A stretch of DNA of 64,000 bases from Mobula hypostoma. Lineage: Eukaryota. The position numbers and the translations under genes were made by a program. This document shows positions 1 through 11,965 of this stretch, piece by piece (position 1 is the stretch's first letter; each line of letters starts with the position of its first letter). The DNA lies in assembly GCF_963921235.1 (NCBI RefSeq), contig NC_086097.1, forward strand, positions 169,448,001 to 169,512,000. The letters are read 5' to 3'. Under the pieces are notes generated by a model. It did no database searches and had not been told where the DNA came from. It saw nothing but the letters and a program-made list of their open reading frames with translations.

Positions 1-686
1 GAGAAGGTAGCCAATAGCATTCACTCTAATCAAGATGTATTTAAATATAAGAGTGAATAGCAGCAAAATAAACTCTGACCACGGTCTCTATTAGGGAGGC
101 AAATAGAACATGAATCTTTGAAGAGTGGTTCTCAAAAGGTGTTGAGCAAATAAAAACCTGTATTATTCTTGGTAGTAAATCAGATCAATCACAGTCAAGG
201 AAGTGTAACAATCTCCATTTCCTCCATTCAAGCTGTGAAACCCAAGTGCAGTGAGAACAAATTGTAAGAGATACCAAGCCAATATACCTTGAACCCAAAA
301 TAGTATTGAAACATGCTTTCCATTAAACAAGACAGACAAATGTCATCATATCTTGAACACCTAAAGTGCTACAATTTAAAGTTTGCTCCCCAGTTAAAAT
401 GGAAATTGAAAATTTTCAATTATCTGCAATCTCAGGTTTTCAAATATAATTGACAATTAAATAAGCCAATTCCAAGACTGCAGTGTTGATCATGTCAAGT
501 TTTTAACAGAAATCTCAAAAGAGAGACATCTGAAAAATCAGAAATCCATTTGATAATATTTATTTTAAAAATAAATGTTGGATAAACAAATTCAGAATAA
601 TCTTTCAATTTTAGCTATACCCAATTATTCTATCAAAATTAAATTCAAAGAACATTGTTTGCTGGAATATTTAATTTTGTGCTTAC

Positions 687-834
687 CTACAATTGGCGAG
701 TTTATGACCCGACCCTCTACTGATCTTCTGAATTCAAATCCAACCTCACTTAGCTCATCAAGCGGTCCAATGGACTCATCAGAACTACCGCCTTCCAATC
801 CTGGCCGGAAGATGGGTTGATTGCTCTCTCCTGG
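687..834 (-). CDS. CEP192: CEP192 coding exon 9 (gene continues beyond window start)
   Basis: PGESNQPIFRPGLEGGSSDESIGPLDELSEVGFEFRRSVEGRVINSPIV. TTTCAG acceptor, GTAAGC donor, 148 nt, phase 0-1. Confidence 0.85.
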
Positions 835-1092
835 CTGAAATGGAAATTCATGCACAGCAGGTTCACAAGTTATTCCTAGACTTTTCTAACGAACAATGTT
901 GGAGATTCAGGAATTATAGAATGATGTGAACTATAACAAGCATTAGTTCAAACAAGAACAAGTCTTCAGTTCAAATGTAAATTGCAAGCAGTAAACAATT
1001 TGAAGTTGAAAAGACAGCTTTGTAAACAAACCGCACTGCCTACAGAACATAGGCTACTGGCCTTCAGAACATAGGTTACTGGCCCACAGAAA

Positions 1093-2062
1093 AGTTCAAA
1101 GTAAAATTATCAAAAGTAGGTATACATCATCACATACTACCCTAAGATTCATTTTCTTGCAGGCATTCACAGAAAGAATATAACAGAATCGATAAAAAGC
1201 AATCAACGTGCAAGAGACAAACTGCAAATACAAAGAAAGACAAATAAAAATAATAAATAACTCATGAGTTGTAGAATCCTTGAAAGTGAGTCTTCAAAGT
1301 AGAATCAATTCAGTGACGAGTGAAGTTATCTACGCTGGCTCAAGAGCCTGATGGTTGAAAGGCAATAATTATTCCTGAACCTGCTGGTGTGGGAACCAAG
1401 GATCTTGTACTTCTGTGGTGACAACAATAAGAGACCATGACCTGGATGGTGGTGGTCCTTGATGATGGATGCTGCTTTCTTGTAGCAGCACTCCTTGTAG
1501 ATGTGCTCAATGTGCTTCCTGTGATGGACTGGGCTGTAGCCACTATATTTTGTAGGCTTTTCCATTCTTGGGCATTTGTGTTTCCATCCCAGGCCATGAT
1601 GCCACCAATCAGTATACTCGCCACTGTGCCTCCGTAGAAGTTTTCAAGATTTTCGGTGACATGCCAAATCTGCGTAAACTTCTAAGAAAATAGAAGCACT
1701 GCCATATCTTCTTTGTGATGGCACTTACACAGGGCAGATCCTCTGAAATGAAAACTTCAAGGAATTCAGAGTTACTGACCCTCTCCACCTCTAATACCCT
1801 AACAAGAACTGGCTCATGGACTTCCGGTTTCTTTCTCCTGTGGTCAATAATCAGCTCTCTGGTTTTGCTGACGTTGAGTGAAAGATCGTTGTGCCACCAT
1901 TCGACCAGATTTTCAATTTCCCTCCTATATGCTGATTCGTCACCACCTTTGATTCGGGCAACAACAGTGGTGTTGTCAGCAAACTTAAATATGGCACTGG
2001 AGCGATATCTAATCTCGTGGTCCAAAGTATAAAGCAAATAGAGCAGGGGTCTAAGCACAGGC
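1093..2062 (-). mobile_element. Rex1/Babar-like LINE 3' fragment (degraded RT)
   Basis: FADNTTVVARIKGGDESAYRREIENLVEW...LSLNVSKTRELIID RT motif, with frameshifted downstream ORFs. Confidence 0.8.
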
Positions 2063-4739
2063 CTTCAAGCATTTGAAAACCATAAAGTTTTCAAACGCAT
2101 CAGCCAAATGCAGGACAAAAAAAAGCCATATTAAGTGGACTACATCAAACTGGGCAACAGTGGCCTAATTATTTTGCCACATCGTTACCAAGTTCAAGGA
2201 AGTTTGTAGACCAGACTGATGTTGTCACTTAGCACAGCAAACATAGTCACAAGCATATGCTTTTTCACTAGTTGGGGTATCTGTGCCCTCAGAGAATCAA
2301 CACTTAACAATAACTTCGGGTGTTCTGGGTTCTCTGTCCTCAGAAACATTTAAATCACACTCAAGGATTAGCTTATCTCATTAAAGGTGTATGAACATTC
2401 AGAACTGTTTCCCCATTGTAGATACACATGTCATTGGAAGCACTGCCCCCCAATACTGATTTATTTAAACAAAGGGTGGAACTTCAATCACAATATAACC
2501 TGTTATTAACTCATCCCATTGAAGGTTACTTGCTTAAGTTAAAGAGCCAATTTTATATGTCTGGAGATAAAAATAATAAACTGCTTGTATCTCAATTAAA
2601 AATGGCTACAGCCAAAAGGCAAATTATGAAAATTCGTAGGAAAGATGGTACCTTAGCTCAGGAATATGAGGAAATTAATAAGATTTTTCAAGACTTTTAT
2701 GCTGAGCTATATAAATCTCAATGTCCGTTAGATTCCTCTAAAATGAATGCTTTTTTATGAAAGATTGTTTTTCCTAAAATCTCAGCTGAGGATCAAAAGA
2801 TTCTTGATGCTCAAATTACTGAAGCCGAAATTCATAAAGCTATTTTTTCAATGCAATCTGTTAAGTCCCCAGGACTTGATGGTTATCCCGTAGAATTTTA
2901 TAAAAAATTTGGAAAGTTGCTCTCTCTGTATATGTTGGAAATGTTTAAGGATTCTTTTGTGAAAGGTGACTTACCCTCTACTTTTTATGAGGCCTCTATT
3001 TCTTTAATTCTTAAAAAAGATAAAGATCCTACTGACTGTGCTTCATATAGACCTATTTCATTACTGAATGTTGACACTAAGATCTTGTCAAAGATAATGG
3101 CCAATCGGTTGGAGAATATTTTGGGTAAAATTATTTGTAAAGATCAAACAGGCTTTCTAAAGGGTCGTTATTCCTTTTCAAATATTCAGAGACTACTTAA
3201 TATTATATATTCATCCTGTTCTAAAATTCCACAATGTGTTGTATCTTTGGATACTGAAAAAGCGTTCGACCGAGTCCAATGGAAATATTTATTCAATGTT
3301 TTAGAGAAATTTGGCTTTGGTGTTAATTTTAATAATTGGATTAAAATGATATATAAAGCCCCTGTTGCTACTGTTGTTACTAACAATTGTAGGTCTCCTT
3401 TTTTTCAGCTTTCACGGGGAACAAGGCAAGGTTGTCCATTAAGTCCTTTGTTGTTTAATTTAATATTAGAACCCCTTGCTATTGCTCTTCGTGAGGCTAA
3501 AAATATCCATGGGATATTTGTGAGTGAGACCATGCATAAGGTCTCTCTTTATGCTGATGATTTATTGGTTTATATATCTAACCCTGACGAATCCATTCCT
3601 GCCCTGTTAAAATTATTTAATGAATTCGGAGGTTTTTCAAGATATAAAATTAATTTTAGTAAAAGTGAATTATTTCCTTTAAATGATTCTGTTTCTATAT
3701 ATGATAATACTCCTTTCAAAGTTTCAGACTCTCTTAGATATTTAGGTATTATAATTACTAAAAAATATAAGGATCTTTATAAAGCTAATTTTGTTCCCTC
3801 AGTAGACTCTATGAAGTATTTATTTAGTAGATGGAGTCCACTTACATTTTCACTTGTTGGTCGTATTCATATAGTTAAAATGATGATTCTACCGAAATTT
3901 TTATATTTATTTCAGAATATTCCTGTTTTTTTGTCTAGGAAGTTTTTTGATCAGATTGATTCTATTATTTTATCTTTTATTTGGAAGAATAAAAGAGCAA
4001 GAATTAGTAAATGTCATTTACAAAAATTGAAAAAGGATGGAGGTCTTGCTTTGCCTAATTTTAGAATGTATTATTGGGCTGTTCATCTGCGATATATGTC
4101 TTTCTGGTTATACTGGGTTGATAAGACTGATCAGCCAATTTGGGTAGATCTGGAACTAAAAGTTGTAAAACAGTTTTATTTAACTTCGTTATTGGGGGCT
4201 CCTTTACCTATGCAATTAGGTAAAGTTGTTAATTTAAACTTATATCCTGTGATTAAGTATTCTTTACAAATTTGGCTCCAATTCCGCAATTCTTTTAATC
4301 TTACAAAATTTAAACTTTGTAGTTTAATTTACCGAAATTACTTTTTTAAGCCTTCTTTGAGTGATCCAATTTTTCTACTTTGGAAAAATAAAGGTATTAA
4401 TTCTTTTTTGGATTTATTTAAAGAAGATAGATTGATGTCCTTTGAACGATTAACTGATAAATATTCTCTTTCATATTCACACTTTTTGCAATACCTTCAA
4501 GTTAGACATTTTTTACAAAAATATTCAAGTAATTTCCCTTACATATTGGAGCCTGACCTGTTAGATACTATCATGAGTATGAATCCTTTGATTAAGGGTT
4601 CTTTTGGAAGAGTTTATAATTTATTATTACAATGGGATAAGTGTCCTTTGTCTAAGATTAAACAGGATTGGGAAAAGGAACACACATCAAAGTTGCTGGC
4701 GAACGCAGCAGGCCAGGCAGCATCTCTAGGAAGTGGTAC

Positions 4740-4775
4740 AGTCGACGTTTCAGGCTGAGACCCTTCGTCAGGACT
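4740..4775 (-). ncRNA. Minimal hammerhead ribozyme motif on the CEP192 sense strand
   Basis: Reverse complement reads AGTC-CTGACGA-AGGGTCTCAGCCT-GAAA-C-GTC-GACT; core intact. Confidence 0.7.
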
Positions 4776-4791
4776 AACTGAAGGAAGAGTT

Positions 4792-4827
4792 AGTCCTGAC
4801 GAAGGGTCTCGGCCTGAAACGTCGACT
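4792..4827 (+). ncRNA. Minimal type I hammerhead ribozyme motif (PLE type)
   Basis: AGTC-CTGACGA-AGGGTCTCGGCCT-GAAA-C-GTC-GACT: stem I AGTC/GACT, intact core, stem II, palindromic ACGT in place of stem III, GUC cleavage triplet. Confidence 0.75.
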
Positions 4828-5749
4828 GTACCTCTTCCTAGAGATGCTGCCTGGCCTGCTGCGTTCGCCAGCAACTTTGATGTGTGTTGCTTGAATTTCC
4901 AGCATCTGCAGAATTCCTGTTGTTTGGGAAAAGGAACTTAATTTGACTTTTATGACGGAGGATTGGATGCGGATATTGAAGTTGGTTAACTCTTCTTCAA
5001 TTTGTGCTAGCCATTCATTGATTCAATTTAAAATTGTACATTGTTATCATTTGACAAAGGAGAGACTTTCTAAAAATTTTTCCTAATGTTGATAGTCATT
5101 GTGATAGATGTAAAACTGAGATAGCTACACTGACACATATGTTTTGGTCTTGTTCTATATTGGAACAGTTCTGGAAGTTGGTTTTCTCAACAATTTCTAA
5201 AGCACTCAAAATTAATTTACAACCTAATAAATTAACTGTGCTTTTTGGAATAGTTCCTCAAAATATTTATGGTATTTTTGTGTCTGACCAACATGTTATT
5301 GCATTTGTTACATTGAGAGTTAGGAGGGCCATTTTGTTGAAGTGGAAGGATACATCAGCTCCCACTTTGCCACAATGGTTCTCTCAAGTGATGCTATGTC
5401 TTAGTTTGGAGAAAATTAGAAGTCGAACCTTTATTTGATTTTGAGAAAAGATGCGGCTCATTTGCTCGTTATTATCATTTGAGTTAATTGATATAATTTT
5501 TCCACGATCTAATTGTAAATTCTTTTAGTATTTTTCTTTTCTTGCTGGTGGTTTGATGTTTATTTTTAGAAGCTTTTTGTATGACGCATGGCTCCGGGGT
5601 TGTACACCTAATGGGTTCTCTTTTATTTTTCCTCACTTTCCTGCTTAGTAGGTTTTTTTTGTTATCACAAAATTTTGTTTTCAATCTTTAAAATGACGGT
5701 TTTTTTTTGAGGCACTGTAAGTGCTGTTACTTCAATGTACTCATGTTTT

Positions 5750-5781
<32 letters not shown>

Positions 5782-5815
5782 CATACACACACACATATAC
5801 ACACACACACACATA
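5750..5815. repeat. (TA)n/(CA)n microsatellite in the L1 3' UTR
   Basis: Directly visible dinucleotide runs. Confidence 0.95.
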
Positions 5816-6514
5816 CAATAAAAAGATTTGAAAAGAAAGAAAGGAAGCACTGTCATTGCCAGATTCAAAATATTGAAGTAAACAATGTCACTGACAGTAT
5901 TGAATTTGTTCTTAGTGTATAAAAGCTTAAGAACAAATTTGTTCTTGAGAATTTGATGGGCTCTACTGGGAGGGTCTCCAGGGGAATGCCTGCATGTTGT
6001 GACGAATAAACGCCATTTGTATTAACCAGTTTCAGTGTCAAACACTCAGGCATCCAAACTCAGGTTTAGTGTGACATCCAAATGAAAATAAATTTATATC
6101 CATCTCACTTTATTACTAACCAGGACAGCAATGCATGTATAAGAAAACCAACCAAGAACATTACTATGCTCATGTCATGAAATTAACCTTTCCTTTCTTA
6201 ATATCAGTTGCCTACAGCAGGATGACAATATCAACTGTACTTTTACCCCAATCATTTTCAAGAGAAATTGTTCCATGTGAGATGGGTCACCTCTGACTAA
6301 GAGAACATTGTGTGCGAGAATAAACAACTACAAAAAGCCTGGCAGTGCTGTATCTAGAAAAGCAAATACATTTGATCTCCCTTCCAAAAAGTAGACAGTT
6401 GAAATGGAAAGGATGCAGTGCAGGTTCAGATTCATGAGCTGTCGAGTTTATCATAATAATTTAAACAGTTTAGAGCCATATCTAGTTTTAAATGAAAGAT
6501 GATCTCATTAAAAT

Positions 6515-7340
6515 TGTGAATTCCAGTTAATTGGGCCATCACTCAATCAGAGCAACCACTTGCTGGACAACTCTTAAAGAACAAAATCTAACCGAGAAAA
6601 TAGCAACTATTCCATTCAATTATTTGGGTCATGAAGTCACTTCACTGGGACAGGAGCCTGATGCCAAACAAATTCTAATGAGGGTCAGGTGCATGCACTT
6701 ACGTGGCTGTTAGACACTACACCCTGCTAAGAGTGAAGTTTTTAAATAGCGTAGTTGCACGTATTTATGTTCAAAAAGCAATGATGTTTTTGTCACTGAC
6801 AGCTGACAGAAATAAACAATAAGACAGTTCAAAACTATTTCCCTCACTGCGGTTTCAAGCATTCAGGCTTGATGATGCCAGAGATGGCCAGGAGTGAAAA
6901 TGAAACAATTTCACTACTTCAAGTTAAAAACCACAAAGAATTTGAAGGTTTCTACAATCACCTTCAAGGTTACAATGAAAGTGAAGATCTAGAGGATACA
7001 ATCATTGATAACATTGTATGAAGGCAGCCAATTATCTGCACTAGGTGTCCGCGCTAATTTTATTTACAATCAATCAAAAGAACATGGCAGCATATAATGC
7101 ATCAATTCCTCTGTAGATAATGATTATGAACTAGTACAGTTTATAGTACTGCAGTGGTGTTCAGTGTTTTAATTTGTTTTGTATTTCATTTAAATACATA
7201 ATCTGTTACTCTGTCAATTGCTAGTTTGTCTTTTTTTACACCTTTTTAACTATTTCCATAAAATTTCAGCTAATTGGACAGCTGCTTAATTGGGCCAAAA
7301 TGCACTGGATTGATGTCTCCCAATTAACCAGAATCCACTG
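6515..7340 (+). mobile_element. Non-autonomous Tc1/pogo (Tigger-like) DNA element, copy A
   Basis: Ends in CCCAATTAACCAGAATCCACTG-TA with a degenerate matching left TIR. Internal sequence is homologous to 25429-26242 in the opposite orientation. Confidence 0.7.
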
Positions 7341-7772
7341 TATACAAAATAATCACAGGTTTGAAAGGGTAGATGTGAAGTTGATTTTTCCCTTGGGTAT
7401 GTCGTCTGAAATCAGGTGATACAGCCTCTATACAGGGGAGTGAAAGAATCTTTGCAATCTTCTCCAAGAGTTCTTAGAAATTCAGTATTTTTAAGACTGG
7501 ATTACATTCAGAGAATCAAGCTGCATGGAGTTAGAGCAGCAAGTGGCACTCAAGTAGATCAACTGTGGTCTGAAAAATGCAGTGTGGGTATGAGGGGCTG
7601 ACTACTATATAGCTGCTATTTACTATGTTCTCACATAAAATAGGGTAACAATAAATCAATTCCTATTAAATTTTTTAAATTGCTGTGGCTATATAGTTAT
7701 ATCACATAATATTGAATGATATTTCTACCCCCACCCCTCCAACACTAAAAAAAAACCTAAGGAAATCTATAC

Positions 7773-7922
7773 CAACTCCCTTGCTGCACAGGACATTGAC
7801 TGGCTTGGCAAAGTACTGCGTTGCTGATTAGTCTCCAGCTCATCGTCCGTATCCTCACCACTTGATGGTGCAGAATCCATTCCAGTTGCTGCTTGTCGAA
7901 CAAGTGGGATCTGAAAGTTATC
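7773..7922 (-). CDS. CEP192: CEP192 coding exon 8
   Basis: DNFQIPLVRQAATGMDSAPSSGEDTDDELETNQQRSTLPSQSMSCAAREL. CAG/GTATAG sites, 150 nt, phase 0-0. AATGMDS-acidic motif as recalled from fish Cep192. Confidence 0.85.
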
Positions 7923-8961
7923 CTGTAACATGGCCAAATAATCCTTTAAAATGACCAAATATTTTCAAAAATCCTAATGCCAGAATTATATTAAAACAAC
8001 ATATAAAATAGTAAATCAGAGAACTTCACAAACTGGAAACCAGAAATAAAGCTGGAAAATGTGGATTTACAGAAAGAAACAGAGTGAAAAAACAAGTTAT
8101 TTTCAGTTGCAGAGAGGGTTGTGGACAACAACATTTTGATTGGATGAAGCCAGAGTTATCTGGGTGATTCTGAAGTGTTTAAGAGCTATCTGGTTTGGAG
8201 ATCAGAGTAAGTGAGGACTAAAATAAATAAAAAGCTATGTTAAAGCTGTGACATGCAGAGCAGGTGAGTATTAAAAATCCCGGGCATATCAAGCGGTGTC
8301 TGTGGACATGGGAAAACAGATATAACATTACATATGGATAATCAAATTGTTGAAATGACAAATTCTGAGGCAAAAAGCGAATTGTTGAACTTGACATCAA
8401 GAACCCAAATTGGCACTGAAAATTGACCTAGGAGAAAATTATCCAAGTTCACAACTATTTAATATTTAAAATACTTTACATTATGTTATTTGCAGTAATT
8501 TGTATTATAAAATTAATGAGTTTCCAGATGTTTTGCTCTGAGTCTTGACTTGTTTTGCCCTACCTGGATGGGTTCAAATCAAAGATAATAGGCATAAGAA
8601 CCACAATCTACATGGTTTTAATTAGATTGCTAGTTTACCACACACCAACGAGCAGGTTTGACATTGGCAACAAACTTAAGAGTTCTTCAGGCAGTAAGTA
8701 CAGATCTAACCATTACAGTGAAAATAATACATAATTAGATATTTATTATGTGCTCATTTGTTGAACTACTTATGATAGTATGGGGAAATATGCTACTTTG
8801 ACATGCATGTCTGTCACTAATTGAACTGGTGAGAGTTAAATTACTTTTCTTTCAAAATGTTATAGCCTTAGTTTAGCAGTTTAGTAAGTTCTTACAAATT
8901 TAAAAATCAGCAATAGCATGCAAAAAGAATTGAACTTCTATTGAATTGCAGTATTCCCTAC

Positions 8962-9033
8962 CTCATCACAATCTAATGGCTGTAAAGGATCTTGGTCTAA
9001 TTTTCTCAAATAGGAATCCAATTCATGTTCAAT
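8962..9033 (-). CDS. CEP192: Probable CEP192 coding exon 7 (72-nt symmetric exon)
   Basis: IEHELDSYLRKLDQDPLQPLDCDE. Acceptor TGTCTTTGCTGTTTTAG, donor GAG|GTAGGG, open frame, phase 0-0, unique sequence. No recognised homology. Confidence 0.62.
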
Positions 9034-10079
9034 CTAAAACAGCAAAGACAAAGGGAAAATTCTTGGTCCAACATCTCTCTTCTTTGGTGCAATAGATAAT
9101 CACAAATGCCCTCAGACACATCTGTTTGCTGTGCAGGGCTAGATTAAATGAATAGCAAACAATACATTCCACACTTTTAAGTTTAGAAGACAGGGTAAAT
9201 TTACCTGCAGTACTTTGAAAAAAGGAATGAAACAGCAAAATTGTCAGAGAAAACAGTTGTGCATCTACTAATAAACCTGCGTGTCAGTAGAAATGCCAAA
9301 TCAAAATATCAGAGCCTATTTGCAGTTACCTACAGCTGTCTGAATTAATCTAGAACCGCAAAGACAGAGGACTCGGGTGTCATTGGATATTACAGGTCCT
9401 TCAATTCACCATGTCCATGCCAACCATTGTACTTAGTTAGACTTGTCCCATTTACTTTCAGTTGGTCATAGCTTTCTATGCCTTGGTAATTCAAATGCTT
9501 CTCGAGATGCCTCTTGCATGTTGACAGCACCTGCATCCACCACATCCTCAGGCAATGCATTACAGGCTTCAACCACTTTCTTAGACCTGGTCTAAACATA
9601 TACTCACACCCTATACCTATGATACATTTAACCAACCCAGCTTCCCCCCATTGGAAAAAGATTCTATCGACCCATCTATCTCTTTCAATTTTGTACACTT
9701 TATCAAGTCACTCCTCTGCTCCATGGAAAACAAATTAAGCCTTTATAATTGAAATCCCAATTCAGGTAACATCCTATGAATATTCTTCATATCTTCCCTA
9801 CACAATGGCAACCAGCACAGCACTATCAGGAATGGTCTAAACACGGCTTTGAAATTGTATCATGGCATCCATGTGCTTACATTCTATGCCACAAGTGATG
9901 AGGGCAAACACCCAGTTTGCATTCTGCATTTTCCCCATCTACTGTGCAGCTGCTTTCAGGCATCTCTGTACTTGTACGGCAAGGTACCTCTGTTTATCAA
10001 CACTCCCTAAGATCCTGTACAGTACATGTCTAACACTTGCATCACTTGGAACATGTCAGCATTAAATTTTCTCCGCAAT

Positions 10080-11505
10080 TAGTCTGTCCAACTCTTCTTG
10101 GGCTTTCAGCTGGGTACAGATATCGATTTTAACCAACATTTTGATGATCAACTCTACCAACTTCATCAGGGATGATGCCTGGGCACATCTAGTTTGGTGG
10201 TATTTATCCCCCATCATCCATCCTTCCTGATTGGTTAGTCCTCATCCAATCAGGTTTCCAGTGTCCCACCTTGTTTACCAATCAGATTCCAGTTAATCAG
10301 ACATACTTCTCCAAAAGAGGAACTACTATGAACAAATGGACAGAGTTGCCATGGGATTGCCCTTGTCGCCAGCTATCGCTAATTTCTACATGAAGGACTT
10401 TGAGGAGAGGGCTCAGAGTTCATCGCCCTTGCGCTGAAAATGCTTCTTCAGATACATCAATGACACCTTCATAGTGTGGCTTCATGGACTCCCAGCATGA
10501 ACAGTTCCACAACCATCTGAGCAGCATACATCTAAACATTAAACTTACAACGGAGATGGAAAAGAATGGTTGCTTCCCATTCCTGGATATTCTAATACAA
10601 CGGAAACCAAATGAAAGCCTCAGGCATAGCGTCTATTGGAAACCCAATCACACAGACTTATACCTCAACAATAACAGCTAACATCACACCTCCCAATGTA
10701 GAGTGGTCCTTTCTACATTGATTAACCTTGCAAAACTCTTTCAGGCCCGGAGAGCCTCCATGAGGAAATAAGATTATTACACATGATATTCCTACAGAAT
10801 AGCTAGGTGAAGGAAATCAATTGACCCTTAAAAGGACAACAGAAAAGCCAGTAAACCTAACAACGAGGACGATCCCATCGCTACCACCTGTCTTCCCAAT
10901 ATTTCCACGGTTTCTGGAAGGATAGCAAGGATCCTGAAGAAATACCAGATTAATATTATCCACAAACCCATAAGGAAGCTCAAAGATGTGGGTCAAAGAT
11001 GACCTGGGATTCAGAGCAGATGGCATTTCCAGGATTCCTTGTGAATGTACAGCAGTGTATATCGGTCAGACAGGACACACAGTGGAAAACTACACCAAGG
11101 AGCACAGGTGGTGATTCCATTTGGGTTACCCAGAGGAATCGGCAGTAGCAGAATACTGTATTCGCGATGGCCTTAGGATCGACTTCAACAACACAAAACT
11201 ACTGTGCTGCGCCAATGGCTTTTGGGGACCACTGAAATAAAACTAGAGGAAAAGAATTTTTAACAAAGAAGGTCTTGTTCAACTTTGATTGTAAACAAGG
11301 TGGGTCAGCGAAAATCTGATTGGATGAGGAATAACCAATCAGGAGGGACGAAATACCACCGGATTAGACATGCCCAGGCATCATCCCTGATGAAAATGGC
11401 AAAGTTTGCTATCAAAGCAGTGGTTAAAATCAATACCTGTACCCAAGCTGGAAGCCCAAAAAGAGTTTGTCGTATACATCGGGAAAGCACAAGATCCTTT
11501 TTCTA
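10080..11505 (+). mobile_element. Penelope-like retroelement (Poseidon-type) remnant with inverted 5' pLTR copy
   Basis: RT motifs (YEQMDRVAMGLPLSP, FRYINDTF, EMEKNGCFPFLD) and a GIY-YIG remnant (IPCEC..VYIGQTG). The 3' pLTR at about 11290-11470 is repeated inverted at about 10090-10290. Degenerate CTGATGA hammerhead core at about 11387. Confidence 0.85.
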
Positions 11506-11965
11506 ACTGATTAATTCAATTGCAAAACTAAAAAGATGTTTGGATATCTACATGGATGGGAGGGGTAGGGTTCAGCTGTGGGTCAATGGGACTAGACAGA
11601 ATAACAGTTGGGTAAAGAATAAATGGGCTGAAGGGCCTGTTTGTGATGTAGTACTCTACGACGAATATCATGCTGGAGCTCAAGATGATCTTTCTCACAA
11701 TGAATGTCATCCTACATTTGCATTCTGGTCTTAACATATATAAAAGAAACACCAAGGGTCCCAGAACCAAATTTTACAGTGCACTTGCGATTACAGATTT
11801 CCAAACAAACAGCAACCCTCCACAGCCATTCTTTATCTCATAGTATCATCTCTAGATCCCACAGCAACTTGTTTTGGATCCCACAAGCTCCAACATTGTG
11901 GATCAGTGCAAGAGCACTGAAAATGGACAACATTCATCACATTGCTCTTAATTTCATTAATACAT

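Larger units (their letters stand above)
4681..4923 (+). mobile_element. PLE-derived fold-back element #1
   Basis: About 99-bp inverted arms, 8-nt spacer and a short tail. TSD TTGGGAAAAGGAA at 4668-4680 and 4924-4936. Same terminal sequence as the GIY-YIG-coding copy at 33143-34614. Confidence 0.9.
2446..5842 (+). mobile_element. L1-clade LINE, 5'-truncated ORF2, interrupted by a PLE fold-back at 4681-4923
   Basis: 635-aa ORF with KSPGLDG, YRPISLLN, GTRQGCPLSP and YADD motifs. C-terminal CDRC..H..WSC zinc knuckle near 5100-5150. A-rich 3' tail. TSD GGAAGCACTG at 2436-2445 and 5843-5852. Confidence 0.92.
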
